NCBI RefSeq assembly: GCF_006345805.1
Contig: NC_042998.1
Span: 138,880,001-138,944,000, forward strand
Source: Octopus sinensis
Taxonomy: Eukaryota
Length of the DNA: 64,000 nt
Reading direction: 5' to 3'
Shown: piece after piece, positions 25,300-37,549 of the stretch
Layout of the letters: each line of letters opens with the position of its first letter
Numbering within the stretch: the first letter of the stretch is position 1
Notes under the pieces: model-generated
What the model was told of the DNA's origin: nothing
What the model saw: only the letters and a program-made list of their open reading frames with translations
Database searches by the model: none
Translations under genes and position numbers: made by a program

Positions 25300-25735
25300 A
25301 TTCTGATTGGTCAACAAGTTGATGACGTCTAGCTCTGCTAGAATGGACAGGATACAAACAGGGGACAGTCATTAGTCAGAATATTGATGACGTCCTTTTC
25401 TGCTTGACTAGTCACCTAACAAGTACAGACAAGGTGCAGATCTAATGTAGCTATAAGTCGTGATTGGGCAGAATCTGGATGACTAACGAAGCGACTGGTC
25501 AAAACAGGAAACAAACAAGAGGCAGTTATAATGCAGCGATTGGTCAAAATAATGATGACGTCCCGTTCTGCTTGACTAAAGCCACCTAACGAAACGATTG
25601 GTCAAAACGTTGATGACGTCACGCTACGCTGGATTGACCACCTAACAGGCATTATAAAACCGAGCACTTCACAAAACTCACTAGAACCACCCAGCGAACA
25701 TCCACCATGGGTCATCACAATTGCTTAAGGTAAAA
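25300..25735 (+). promoter_or_regulatory. Candidate Pol II promoter cassette: 4x (ATTGG-N9-TGATGACGTC), TATA, Inr, Kozak ATG, splice donor
   Basis: Modules at ~25305, 25371 (ATTAG), 25538, 25596; TATAAAA 25653; TCA 25678-25680; CCACCATGG 25702-25710; AAG|GTAAAA at 25729. Confidence 0.55.
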
Positions 25736-25982
25736 ATGAATCCCTCGCTCTTTCGGAAACATCAATCTTCTGTATTGACCGCTTTCCACCACTTTGATCT
25801 GTTTTTTGTATTGAATACGTATCGCCACCGTGGGCCACTGCATCGGACACTTTGAACATATACTTCAAACTATATATCAACTATACATGAACTATATATC
25901 AACTATACATGAACTCTAAGATGTCTGACTCCGTTGTGTATTATAAATGAATTTCTTGTGTTTGACGGCATGAGGTATCTTT

Positions 25983-26052
25983 TTTTATATATAACTTTTT
26001 TTGATAAGGTTCATTTCAGGAACTGAAACATGTTATAATGTATATATAAAAA
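25983..26052 (+). ncRNA. Candidate type I hammerhead with compensatory U3-A8 core
   Basis: TTGATAA 26001-26007, stem II GGTTC/GAACT, GAAA, palindromic ACATGT, AT-rich stem I. Confidence 0.35.
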
Positions 26053-26299
26053 TTAAAAATTGTATAATACAGCAGCATTTTCGAACTTCATTTTTTACAA
26101 AAATATATATATATATACATACATAAATATAAATATGAATATATATATATGTATATATACTAAGCAATAAAGGGTTTAGCAACGAATTGCCTTACCACAT
26201 ACCGAATTTAGAAATAGCAGTCAAAGAGTTATAGCTATTTCTTCTACTAAAAGGGAGATCTCAGTAAAAATATATATAGATAAATGTATATATATATAT

Positions 26300-26356
<57 letters not shown>

Positions 26357-26363
26357 TACATAC

Positions 26364-26458
<95 letters not shown>

Positions 26459-27039
26459 TGTTTAGGGTAAAACTCAGCTGTTTTCTCTTGAAACACTGCT
26501 GCTTATTCATTTAGTAAAATCGAAATCTATCCATTGTTATATATACAGAGGGAGGGACAGAGAGAGATTTAAAAATATACATAAAATCAGCTGACAGAAA
26601 ATGTAATATTGGTCCTTTTACTTGCGTAGATATAAATAATGATAGTTTGCAATAGAATGATTTATTTAAGATAGAAGTGTTTTATTTTCTCTTTTCATTT
26701 CTAAAATAAATCGTAAACTGTATTTCAACAGTAAACATGTAGATTGTGTAATCGATGTATTGGTATTTTTTATTGTTCTATTTGCAATGTACCATATGGA
26801 GAAAACGAGAAATACGTAGTGAGATGGACACAACTAATACTTCTGGACTTCAAGAGGCAATACACTAATGAGACGCTTCATATCTCCTCTAGAGTAAAAT
26901 GAAGAACTATAGATACTGCTTCAAAAAATTATTAAAATTTATTCCAGGTAAGAACATTATTTCAATTACGTCAAATATGGTCATTTTTATTTGTTCAGCA
27001 TGGAAGATGTAGGATATGCGGTGTAGCGCGCCATCGCAT

Positions 27040-27310
27040 ATATGTATGCCTGAATGTATGTATGTATGTATGCCTGAATGTATGTATGTATGTATGTATG
27101 TATGTATGTATGTATGTATGTATGTATGTATGTATGCATGTGTTTGTATTTATGTATCTATGTAGGTAGGTAGGTAGGTAGGTATGTATGTAGGTAGGTA
27201 GGTAGGTAGGTAGGTCGGTCGGTCTGTCGGTAGGTAGGTAGGTAGGTCGGTCGGTAGTTAGGTAGGTAGGTAGGTAGGTAGGTAGGTAGGTAGGTAGGTA
27301 TGCATACATG
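27040..27310. repeat. Compound (TATG)n/(TAGG)n/(TCGG)n tetranucleotide array
   Basis: Direct reading. Confidence 0.95.
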
Positions 27311-27324
27311 CATGCATGTATGTA

Positions 27325-28220
27325 CAAGGTGTCTCCTAGAAGTTTTGAGACGTTTTCAGGAGACAACATTTACCAATTTCATACAACTACAAAACTCTAA
27401 ATTAGAGTTTTGTAATTCTATGATTAGAGTCTAATCGCCTTCAGAGTTGCATCTTCTGACTTGAATGCACTTGTATCACTCCAACTACATTATGAAGGAC
27501 CCATGGAATCCCTCTGTAGTCAAGGTATCCAAGGCCTTTGTTACAGCTTCCTTTATCTTTCTCTTTCAGAGCGGAGATAACCAAAAGTTACGGGGAGCAT
27601 AGTCAAGACTGCAAGGAGGGTGAGGGACAGTTCTGAAGCCCAACTCTATCAAGTAGTTGGTTACCAGGATGGAATTATGGACTGATACACTGTCCTGGTG
27701 TAGGTGCCTTAGCCTTTTGCGACGAAATTTCTTCCTGAATTCCCTCAAAACTTCCACAAAGTACTCTTTGTCGACCGTTTGGGCAGAAGGAACCCAGCGA
27801 ATGTGGATGGCACTTTTACTGTCGAAAAAGGGGATCACCATGACTTGCTTTACTTGTCCTCCTGTGTCAGAGAAAAATAAGAGCTCAGCTCATACAAGTT
27901 TGTCCATTAGCAGTTTGGAACATTTCATAAGTTTCTGTAGCATTTATGCCGAGTTTAAGACAAAACTTTATTGCAAAGCGAGTTTCCAAATTGTCTTCAC
28001 ATCCAGACTGCCTTCTGCAAACAAGTCAGCTGTGATAAGCAATATTTAGCAGAGAGTGTTCAAAGTGCTGTTATACAGCCATCTTCTTCAATCTGGAATG
28101 ACAAAAGTTGGCAGTTCAGCTTATTAAATGTATAGTAATGATATACTAAAGTTACAATAATCTAGGAGAGTTATAATTGCCTCGCTTCAAAAGATCTCAA
28201 AAATTCTGGAATGCACCTCG
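27325..28220 (-). mobile_element. Internally deleted mariner element
   Basis: Degenerate TIRs CAAGGTGTCTCCTAGAAG / TTCTGGAATGCACCTCG, TA flanks; FFDSK..QTVDKEYF..LHQD..HPPCSLDYAPRNFWL. Confidence 0.85.
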
Positions 28221-28570
28221 TAAGTCCTTCGTTATATATTTTTTAATATTTCGCCAATGGTAAAAAAAAAACAGTTTCTCGCCTAGAAACAAGACTCTTT
28301 CACAAGGAATTTAGACATCAAATAGTATGTATGCATGTATGTATGTATGTATGTATGTATGTATGTATGTATGTATGTATGTATGTATGTATTATGTATG
28401 TATGTATTATGTATGTATGCATTATGTATGTATGTATGTATGTATGTATGTATGTATGTATGTATGTATGTATGTATGTATGTATGTTTGTTTGTATGTA
28501 TGTATGTATGAATGTATACAATTACATATATGTGCCCAAGCGTACATGTATGCATGTAAGAATGTATACT

Positions 28571-28639
<69 letters not shown>

Positions 28640-28654
28640 TGTGTATGTGAGTCT

Positions 28655-29450
28655 TATCATATACTGAACGTAATGTATGTTTTACAGATTCTGACAGTTC
28701 CATTCACAGCTTGTAGTCGTAATCTTCTGATTAGAGCTATTCTTTCTAATTTTGTGAATCCCAGTTTCTCAAGACTAGTAATAATGCTTGTTAGTCACGC
28801 AGCCGAGTGTTCCAAATGGTAGAAACCTAAAGCTACACTCTGGATAGAGTACATGCAGATTTTTAATCAGTTCAGCATATATATTCTCCTTTTCACTAAC
28901 ATTTAACATTTTCCAAGGAACTTATTTCAACTGTAGTGCATAATTTCTTTCTTGACCCAGCTTATTATATCTAATATGTTATACTTGCTTTTTATTGAAG
29001 TCTTGACAGGGACCCTCCACCAGTATTCTTTCGAATTATGTGTAGTTACGTCCTTACAACATTATAGCTTTTTTCCTCAGATTTATCCTTTCTACAAATT
29101 GCATTATATAGCATTCTAACCACAACATTAAATATTGTAGGTAGGTAATAGTTTGAAGACATTTTCGGAAAGCTATATATCGGATGTCGTCAATAATGTT
29201 GATTCCAGAAAATCGTACCTAGCTAGTTTATCATCATTCCTATTTCTTTGGTGCATCAGGTATGTTTTTCGCTTTCCTGCTACTTTATTGCAAAATCATA
29301 TCCTTCAAACTAAGAACTAATACTTTCGTTGTTAGTGCAGGATAGACTGCTCTGGTTGTCAATGTTGCTGTTACTTTACAGCTTCTTTGGAAGCAGTATA
29401 GCATGTCGTTTCCAAATTTCTGGCAGAGTGAATTGCCTCATGGTGCGGGT
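28655..29450 (-). mobile_element. R4/Dong-like LINE 3' fragment (REL endonuclease region)
   Basis: FEGYDFAIK*QE, EYWWRVPVKTSIK, LGFTKLERIALIRRLRLQAVNGTVRICKT. Confidence 0.6.
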
Positions 29451-29509
29451 TTTCTCACAGCCCGTGCCGAACTGACCCTAGCATACTATGTAGTCGACAA
29501 AATCAAAAA

Positions 29510-29560
29510 CAAACAATACGTATGCGCGAAAGCGGAAATATAAAATGGCGACAATTTAAC
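29510..29560 (+). promoter_or_regulatory. Possible core promoter upstream of the fucosyltransferase exon
   Basis: Local CpG cluster with GCGGAAAT (ETS-like) and AAAATGGCG (YY1-like) motifs. Confidence 0.3.
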
Positions 29561-30078
29561 CATCGCACCCTGTATATATTCCCAAAATAAAGAAAACAAA
29601 GATGAGGAGAAAAAACAAATAGGTTGTATTAAGTTGACGATCATGAGAAATAGAAGTCCTTAACGGAACGCTCCACAGAAAGGATAGATGAGGAAAAAAG
29701 AAAAGATGGGAAGAAATAACGTGTCTGAGTTGAACGGTCAAGGCATGCTGACGTGCCCCTAGTGGGTAATAAAGAAATAGGTCAAGGCATGCTGACGTGA
29801 CCAGAAGAGGAAGCTGGACTGAGGCGTGGGTGGCAAGTGTGATGACAGAGGTGTAGGTAGAGAAGGAGAGATTTATGATTAAGCATGTTGATGGAATGAG
29901 AGACAAAAAGTAAAGAAGGAAAGACAAGTTAATATATATAAATATGTATAAAGAGAGAAGGAGAGGATAGAGAGGAGAGAAATAGCTATGTGAGTGTGTG
30001 AACGTGTGTGTGTTTGTTTGTATGTAGGATATGTATATATTTATATGTTTTTGCTTTTTATTTTATTCTCCCCTACAG

Positions 30079-31058
30079 CTGGTTTTATAGCAGTTATGCT
30101 TATTTCTTATGGATTTCCTCATAAGGACTCTGTCGAAAAGTCCATACGCTGTCTCAACCTAACAAATATAAGTTGCCCACGGTGTTTGCCTCAAAGTGCC
30201 CGTCATATAGTTCCAGAAAAGAAAACATTATGCCTTAAGCTTTCAGGACGTCTAGGAAATAATCTCTTCCAGATCGCCTCGGTTTTCGGTATTGCTAGAG
30301 CAAAAGATATGCATTTCACTTTAAAATACAGTCAACACCTGAAGCATTTGAAAGAAATCTTCAAGATAGAATCTTTGCTGGTGAATATATCATGTCCAGA
30401 AAATTTTATTACAGATGTGAAACATTGCAGCTTCAGTAATGTCGTTTTGAAATACCCGAACAATAAAGATTATTTGATGTATGGTTATTTCCAATCTTGG
30501 TTATATTTTTTCTCCGTTGAACCAGAAATTCGAACTATGTTTACTTTTCAATCAAAAATACGCGATGAGGCACAAAATATTCTGAGGAATATAACCCAGT
30601 TTCATCACCAAAAATATTCACTAACAAATAACAACTCCATGACATACGTTGGTATTCATATTCGAAGAGGCGATTTCTTGAAAGAAAGAAACGTAAAATT
30701 AGGATACAAAACTGCACCAGCGCTATATTTTGAAAACGCTATGGAATATTATCGGAAGCAGTTCACAAATTATATATTTATCGTCTGCACAGACGATATT
30801 GAATGGAGCACAAAAAATCTTGGGCACAAATCTACTTATTATGTGCACGAAGCATTTTATATAGACTTTGCTGTATTATCAATGTGTAATCATAGCATTA
30901 TTTCTGTGGGAAGCTTTAGCTGGTGGTCAGCTTGGCTGGCTAATGGTCAAACAGTCTATTATCCACATCCATTCGAGAAAAATACTTACCTCGAAACTAA
31001 ATTTAGTTCTCATACACGTGACTATTTCCCTTTAGATTGGATTCCTATTGACATTTAA
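30079..31058 (+). CDS. Alpha-1,2-fucosyltransferase (GT11, FUT1/FUT2-like), main coding exon
   Basis: Acceptor ttattctcccctacAG at 30078 (phase 1); GRLGNNLFQIAS, GYFQSWLYF, VGIHIRRGDF, FIVCTDDIEW, DFAVLSMCNHSIISVGSFSWWSAWLA; stop 31056-31058; intact frame. Confidence 0.93.
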
Positions 31059-31141
31059 AACTAAACGATTAAACATACACCACATTATGGTCGTCGTTGT
31101 TGTTATTGTTGTTATTGCTATTATTATAATTATTATTGTTG

Positions 31142-31225
<84 letters not shown>

Positions 31226-31445
31226 GGCGGCAGCTAGCAGAATCGTTAGCACGCTGAATGGAATACTTAGTGGTATTTTGCTCGTCGCTACGTTCTGACT
31301 TCAAATTCCGCCGAGGCGGACTTTGCCTTCCATCCTTTTGGAGTCGATAAATTAAGTATCAGTCAAGTACTGGGGTCGACGTGATCGATTGTCCACACAC
31401 ACACACACAAACGCACAAAAATCTAGGCCTTGTGCCTATAGTAGA
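31226..31445 (+). mobile_element. CORE-type SINE following an (ATT)n array
   Basis: Similar to 9071-9282. Confidence 0.85.
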
Positions 31446-31559
31446 AAGAGTTGTTATTCTTATTGTTATTCTGAAAGACTTTCGGATAGTTCTTAATTAT
31501 CGGTTATTCTTTACTTGAAAGCAGGCAATAACAAATTACCAAAGGTTTCAAGTAGTGCC

Positions 31560-33383
31560 TTCTCCTGTGGCTCAAAGAGACAATACTCCCCCTAGAATGC
31601 AAGCTGTAACCAAAAATGCTGTCTTTGGGTCACCTCGAGCCTGACAGTTGCTCCAATATTCTATGTTTTTCAAAGCCCTTGGAAACTGCTCCTAATGTTC
31701 CAATTACCACCGATCTCACCATTACTTTCCTCATGCCCTATAACTTTCCTATCTCGCCCCGCAGTGGCTGGTATTTCTCAATCTTTTCTGTTTCCTTACA
31801 TTTCACCCTCGAATCGCCTGGTATTGCAACATCTATTATCTTTACTTCTTTTTCATTTTTATGGATGAGCACGATAACTGGTCGCCTCGCCTATATGACT
31901 TGGTCGCATTGCATTTTAAAGTTCCAGAGTATTTTGTAATATTCATTTTCTATTACTCCTTCTGGCATGTGTTCATACCATTGTTTAGCTCTCTCGGGGT
32001 TTGATTTACAGCACAACAGCCAGTGGACATATCAAGCCACATTGTCGTGTCTCCTTTCTGTATTTGCGTTGTGCGAGCTTACTGCTCTCACTAATCATAT
32101 GGCTTATATTTTCTCCCTTCTCAGAGTACATCCTACAATGTGGCTTTTATCAATGTGATATTTGGAATAATTTGTTCTGAGAGCTTGTTCTTGAGTGCTG
32201 TACACTAATGCCTCAGTGGGCCCTTTTAAGTCTCCTTTCTGCAGCCATTTCCAGGTTCTATTCCAATCAATCTCATCTTTATTCTCCAAGAACTGACTGC
32301 ATTTTCTTGTCCTGCCAAATTTTCTTCATCTGCTCTCTCTGGCCTTTCTTAAATTATGTTGGATCTACGACTTCTTCCACTTTTAAGGTTCCCTGGATTT
32401 TCGCTTTACTCCCCTTGACATACCAAGCCAAGCTATTCTCCTCTTCCTTTACACAACTTTCACAACACACTAATCTCCGTCCTCCTTCTTTCCTCTTTAC
32501 ATACAATCTTAACATATCACTCTTGGGGTGTAATTCCCTGTTCATTGTCATTAATTTACGTGTTCTACGGTCTATCTCTTGTAACTCATGCTTCTTCCAA
32601 GATATTATTCCTGCCCCATATCTCATCAAAGCAATCGTCTACGTGTTAATTGCTCTGATATTATAGCGGCCATTTAGCTTCGATTGGAGCACAAGTCGAG
32701 TTCTCCTCAAATACTCTTTCCTGTACATTTCTTTCATCTTGTGTCCATTTATCTTATCTCTTTCAATGATACCCAGATACTTATATATTCTTCCTCTCCG
32801 ACTTCTTTCATAGTTTCGCCACTTTCCAGCTTGATCCCATGGTTTTTACTGATTTTCCCCCTTTTGAGAATCATTACACCACAATTCTCGATCCCAAATC
32901 CCATGCTAATATCCTTGCTAATCATCTGCACAGTTGTCGTCAAACTCAATTTCTTTTTCAGTCTTAGCGAATAGCTTGAGATCATCTATAAACCACAGGT
33001 TGTTTACTTTCATCATGCCTAGCATGTACTCCATACGCATCTTTCTTAAAACGCTCGTTAGTGGCAGTATGCAGACAACAAATAGAAGCGACAGGCCCCT
33101 TGAAAGATTCTTCTTTTGATATTTACCTCTCCCGGATTATCTCCCCATGCTGTGAGTTCAGTTTGCCACGTTGTCATTGAGCTTTCTTTTAACTTCAGGA
33201 TATTGTGGGAGACCTTAAACATTTTAAGGCATTCAATAATCCAAGAGTATGGGACCATGTCATATACTTTCCTGTAGTTCACCCATGCCATCGCCAAATT
33301 TTTACGTCTCTTCTTGCAGTCAGTCAGGATAGCCTTACCGATTAGTAATTGATCCTTCGTTCCTCTGCTTTTACGTCTACACC

Positions 33384-33384
<1 letters not shown>
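31560..33384 (-). mobile_element. R4/Dong-like LINE, 5'-truncated (RT plus REL endonuclease), degenerate
   Basis: [79 protein letters not shown]; truncated end abuts (TAA)n. Confidence 0.88.
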
Positions 33385-33437
<53 letters not shown>

Positions 33438-33448
33438 CATCATTATTA

Positions 33449-33488
<40 letters not shown>

Positions 33489-33545
33489 CATTATTATTAT
33501 TATATTATTATTATTATATATTATTATTATTATTATTATTATTAA
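33385..33545. repeat. (ATT)n microsatellite
   Basis: Direct reading. Confidence 0.95.
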
Positions 33546-33767
33546 AATTTCGTGGTCGATGAGGGTCGCCTTGCAGTTGTTCCACTGAGCTAAAAATTTT
33601 GCATAGATTGTTTGTTTTTTTTTTGTTGTTTTTTTTTTGTTAATTGGAACAGAATGGGGGTGGGAGCTAAACTCTAATATACAAATATTACAAATCCCAA
33701 ATTTGTAATAATATTTATATATATACATAATACATACACACACACACACACACACGCACGCGCACAC

Positions 33768-33824
<57 letters not shown>

Positions 33825-33949
33825 AATACGTCTGTTTTGATAGCCAAAAAGGTTTTTTTTCTGTTAGTATTGTATTGTATTAGTACTGTATACGTATAAT
33901 TATTCCTTTTGCTTATTGAACAGCATAAAGGCATTTTCTATTGTAATGT

Positions 33950-34240
33950 ACCATTCCGTTTTTGTTATATCTTTGTCATCATTTTGCATGCTGTACACGT
34001 AATGTTATTTTGTTCTGTCCTCGTATACATTCGTCAGCGTTTCCTGTAGCTTAATGCTCCGGCACTCCCGTGATAACAGTGGTCTTGGTTTCAAAAGTCG
34101 CGAAACCACTAATACCTCTCGGAAACCAACTGATGAGAAAAATCAGCTGCGAATGCTCCTTCTATCATGGTTTTGTCTCTTTTTTTTTGTCCGTTATGTT
34201 TTCGCTCAGTTTTCGTCTATTTTTCCCTTTTCTGCTTAAC
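33950..34240 (+). mobile_element. Diverged PLE-type terminus related to family C
   Basis: Shares GTATACATTCG..AATGCTC and CTGATGA(34130)..CGAATG(34150) with family C. Confidence 0.5.
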
Positions 34241-34557
34241 CTTTGATGTGTGCGTGTGTGTGTGTCTGTGTGCAGGGCGTGAGAACAAGATAGACAAACA
34301 GGTAGGTATGTAGGTAGTTAGATAGATACACGCACGCAAAGATATGTACTCAGGAAAAACGGCAAACATACAAAAATTAAATAGGATAGATTTAAAATAA
34401 ACCAATAAGTAAACAAAATACACACAAAATACAAATCGATCCCAATGTTTAGTTATTTTTCTTAAGCCTGGTACTAATCCTATCGATCAGCGTTGCCAAG
34501 CCACAGTTACAAGGATATGCGCCAACACTTATCAGGAGACACATATACATACATATA

Positions 34558-35104
34558 TTGGGTTGTCCGGAAAGTTCGTGCCGATTTATAGTAGCTTACC
34601 TTTCGATTTATTTTAGAACATGGTTGAGTCCATAAAATAGGATTTGACTACACCCATTTAGAGCACAGTTTAAGCTATCTTTTCGTGGAAGAAGATTTAT
34701 GTTCCTGTGTTAATTCTGTAAAATGGAAGATAAGAAAATTCATTTTCGGCACTTGATGCTTTGGGAACCAGACAAAAATTGCTGCAGCTCGACTGGGATG
34801 TGTTACCCCACCCTCCATATTCACCAGATATTGCTCCTTCGGATTTCTACATATTCAGGTCTCTGCAGAATAATCTTAATGGTAAAAATTTCAATTATTT
34901 GGATAACGTAAAATGATACCTTTATGAATTCTTTGCCATGAAACCACCTCAATTCTGGGAAGAAGGTATTTTGAAGTTAAAGGAAAGATGGAGATGCATT
35001 GTGCAACACAATGGTTCTTATTTGGTTGATTAAAAATGTAATGGCAAGTATTTATTGACCTTTTTTTCCTTTAAAAATCGGCATAAACTTTCCGGACAAC
35101 CCAA
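34558..35104 (+). mobile_element. Internally deleted mariner (547 bp)
   Basis: TIR TTGGGTTGTCCGGAAAGTT(C/T)(G/A)TGCCGATTT, TA TSD; MEDKKIHFRHLML fused to WDVLPHPPYSPDIAPSDFY..ERWRCIV. Confidence 0.92.
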
Positions 35105-35869
35105 TATAATTATGTGTACGCGCGTGCGCGTGTATACGTGTGTGTGTGTGTGTATTAAAACGGGAGTTTGGAAATTTTTTTGTATTTATTCGCCATTACA
35201 CGTGTTTCATTTGCTAATAGTAGTTTTCTACTACATGTACAATTTTATAACTCCTATAAGTAAATTAAGCACACGTAATAATAAATAAACAATACCAAAA
35301 AGTTTTTCTATCTTCTGTTTTTATATTATTACTTTGCAGAAAATATTTTTCAGTATTTTCAACTCTTATGTATACCTCCCACAGATGTGACATGTACATA
35401 CGGATAGGGAATAATGAAATAAGCTGATATGCTTCGAGGGGACACAGCTGAGATTCTAACCCTTCTGACATAGATGCTATTTTACATGCCAGGAAATTTT
35501 TACTCATATTCGACGAGTCCACCTGGATGAAAAAGAATGGAAATTCCTTATTCGATGTGCTAATGGAGCAGAATTATACATGCTAATAGGTATTTATATC
35601 CTACACAACATGTATTTAGAATACACTTTTGTTTTAATACAGGATTATACAGGAATGATGTCCTTATAGTCACCCGTAGCACGAACAAGCATGAACTCGA
35701 TGGCTTTAGGAAGAATCTTAATAATGATAAAAACGAAATAAAGCAAATATATATTGGTGCAGATATGGCGGAATGATCAAGGAGATAGCATAGCTTTGCA
35801 GCCACGTGTTTTCGGGTTTAGCCCCACTTCAAGGTACATTGGCCATGAAGCTCCAGGCCGATAATAGAC

Positions 35870-36600
35870 ACAAAACTCAGTAGCGTTAATTTCTTAGATA
35901 TTAACCTAGATATATAATTAGATAGTTTTAAGCCCTTTCGTAAGCCTAATGAAGGCCTATACTATATTGGTAAAAGGTCCAATCACCCACCTGTCATTCT
36001 TAGAAATTTGGTTAGCAACACAGGAAAGCGTATTTCATCACTATCTTCGGACGAGACAACTTTTCGCTATACATCCCCGTATTATGACGATGCTTTGCAA
36101 AACAGTGAATTCACAGAGGAGATCCAGTATATTCACAGTGAAGGTGACCATGGCAGAGCCAGTGGAACAGGGACTAGAATGTTGGCAGAGATGTTTAAAT
36201 CTAGTTCCTAAGCACTTTCCAGCCAGCCACAAATACCATAGAAAAGGCTGCCCGTACGGGTACGGGTCGTACAGAAGATCAATGAGATGCCATTAGAGTG
36301 TATATATATATAGGTTATAAAATGAGATAGGGGTTGAAAATTCAACCCACCATGGGATAACATATATCCAATATACTGAAGTTTATGCATGAGTTTTTAT
36401 ATTTTACATTTTTATATTTTTATATTTATATGTATATGGAAAAATAATTTTTTTCACAATTATAACAAATTTAATTCTCTGAAGAGGCCGTGGGGCATCC
36501 TTGTTAATGCCTCATTTATACCTGCCTTTATGGCTTATAGGTTAAATGAGGTGTGACTGCCCTCGCTGCCGAAACATTATGATTTAATTACATATTATAT
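35870..36600 (+). mobile_element. PLE fragment (RT thumb, linker, 3' terminus with long-stem-II hammerhead-like motif)
   Basis: NFLDINL..KPFRKPNE..SNHPPVILRNL..KRISSLSSDE..YYDDALQNS..CLNLVPKHFP; CTGAAGA 36479 and GAAAC 36571. Confidence 0.8.
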
Positions 36601-36762
36601 TTGAAATTTTATACTTATATCTCTTTGTCTATTTACATTTACTGTATATTTTGTATAATGCCTTTACTGATATGTAATGGTGTAATAAAGTAATGTTTGG
36701 GTATCATCTGATAGTTGATGTTTTATTGATTTAAGTATGTTCTCCATTTTCTAATTTTGTAG

Positions 36763-36823
<61 letters not shown>

Positions 36824-36911
36824 AAAAAAATACAAACTGGGACAAGAACGCAAAACATTTAGAAGACGATACAAAAAACACCGACGGGACATTCGAAGCC
36901 TTCAATCTTCA

Positions 36912-36974
<63 letters not shown>

Positions 36975-37039
36975 CATACATACATGCATGCATACATACA
37001 TACGTACGTACGTACGTACATACATACATACATATCTAT

Positions 37040-37412
37040 AGGCGCAGGAGTGGCTGTGAGGTAAGTAGCTTGCTTACGAACCACATGGTCCCGGGTTCAG
37101 TCCCACTGCGTGGCACCTTGGGCAAGTGTCTTCTACTATAGCCGCGGGCCGACCAAAGCCTTGTGAGTGGATTTGGTAGATGGAAACTGAAAGAAGCTCG
37201 TCGTATATATGTATATATATGTATGTGTTTGTGTGTCTGTGTCCCCAACATCGCTTGTCAACCGATGCTGGTGTGTTTATGTCCCCGTAACTCAGCAATT
37301 CGGCAAAAGAGACTGATAGAATAAGTACTAGGCTTACAAAGAATAAGTCCTGGGGTCGATTTGCTCGACGAAAGGCGGTGCTCCAGCATGGCTACAGTCA
37401 CATGACTGAAAC
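37040..37412 (+). mobile_element. Octopus tRNA-derived SINE, full length
   Basis: Near-identical to 1916-2345. Confidence 0.88.
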
Positions 37413-37509
37413 AGGTAAAAGAGTATACATATCTATCTATCTATATATATATATATATGTATACACACACACACATACACACTCGCACGCGCACACACAC
37501 ACACACACA

Positions 37510-37549
<40 letters not shown>

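Noticed and set aside
29602-29622. Possible first FUT exon giving MRRKKQI|AGFIAV if one A were missing from a homopolymer
   Set aside because: As written it reads into TAG, the donor is weak, and the segment aligns to a family B PLE terminus.
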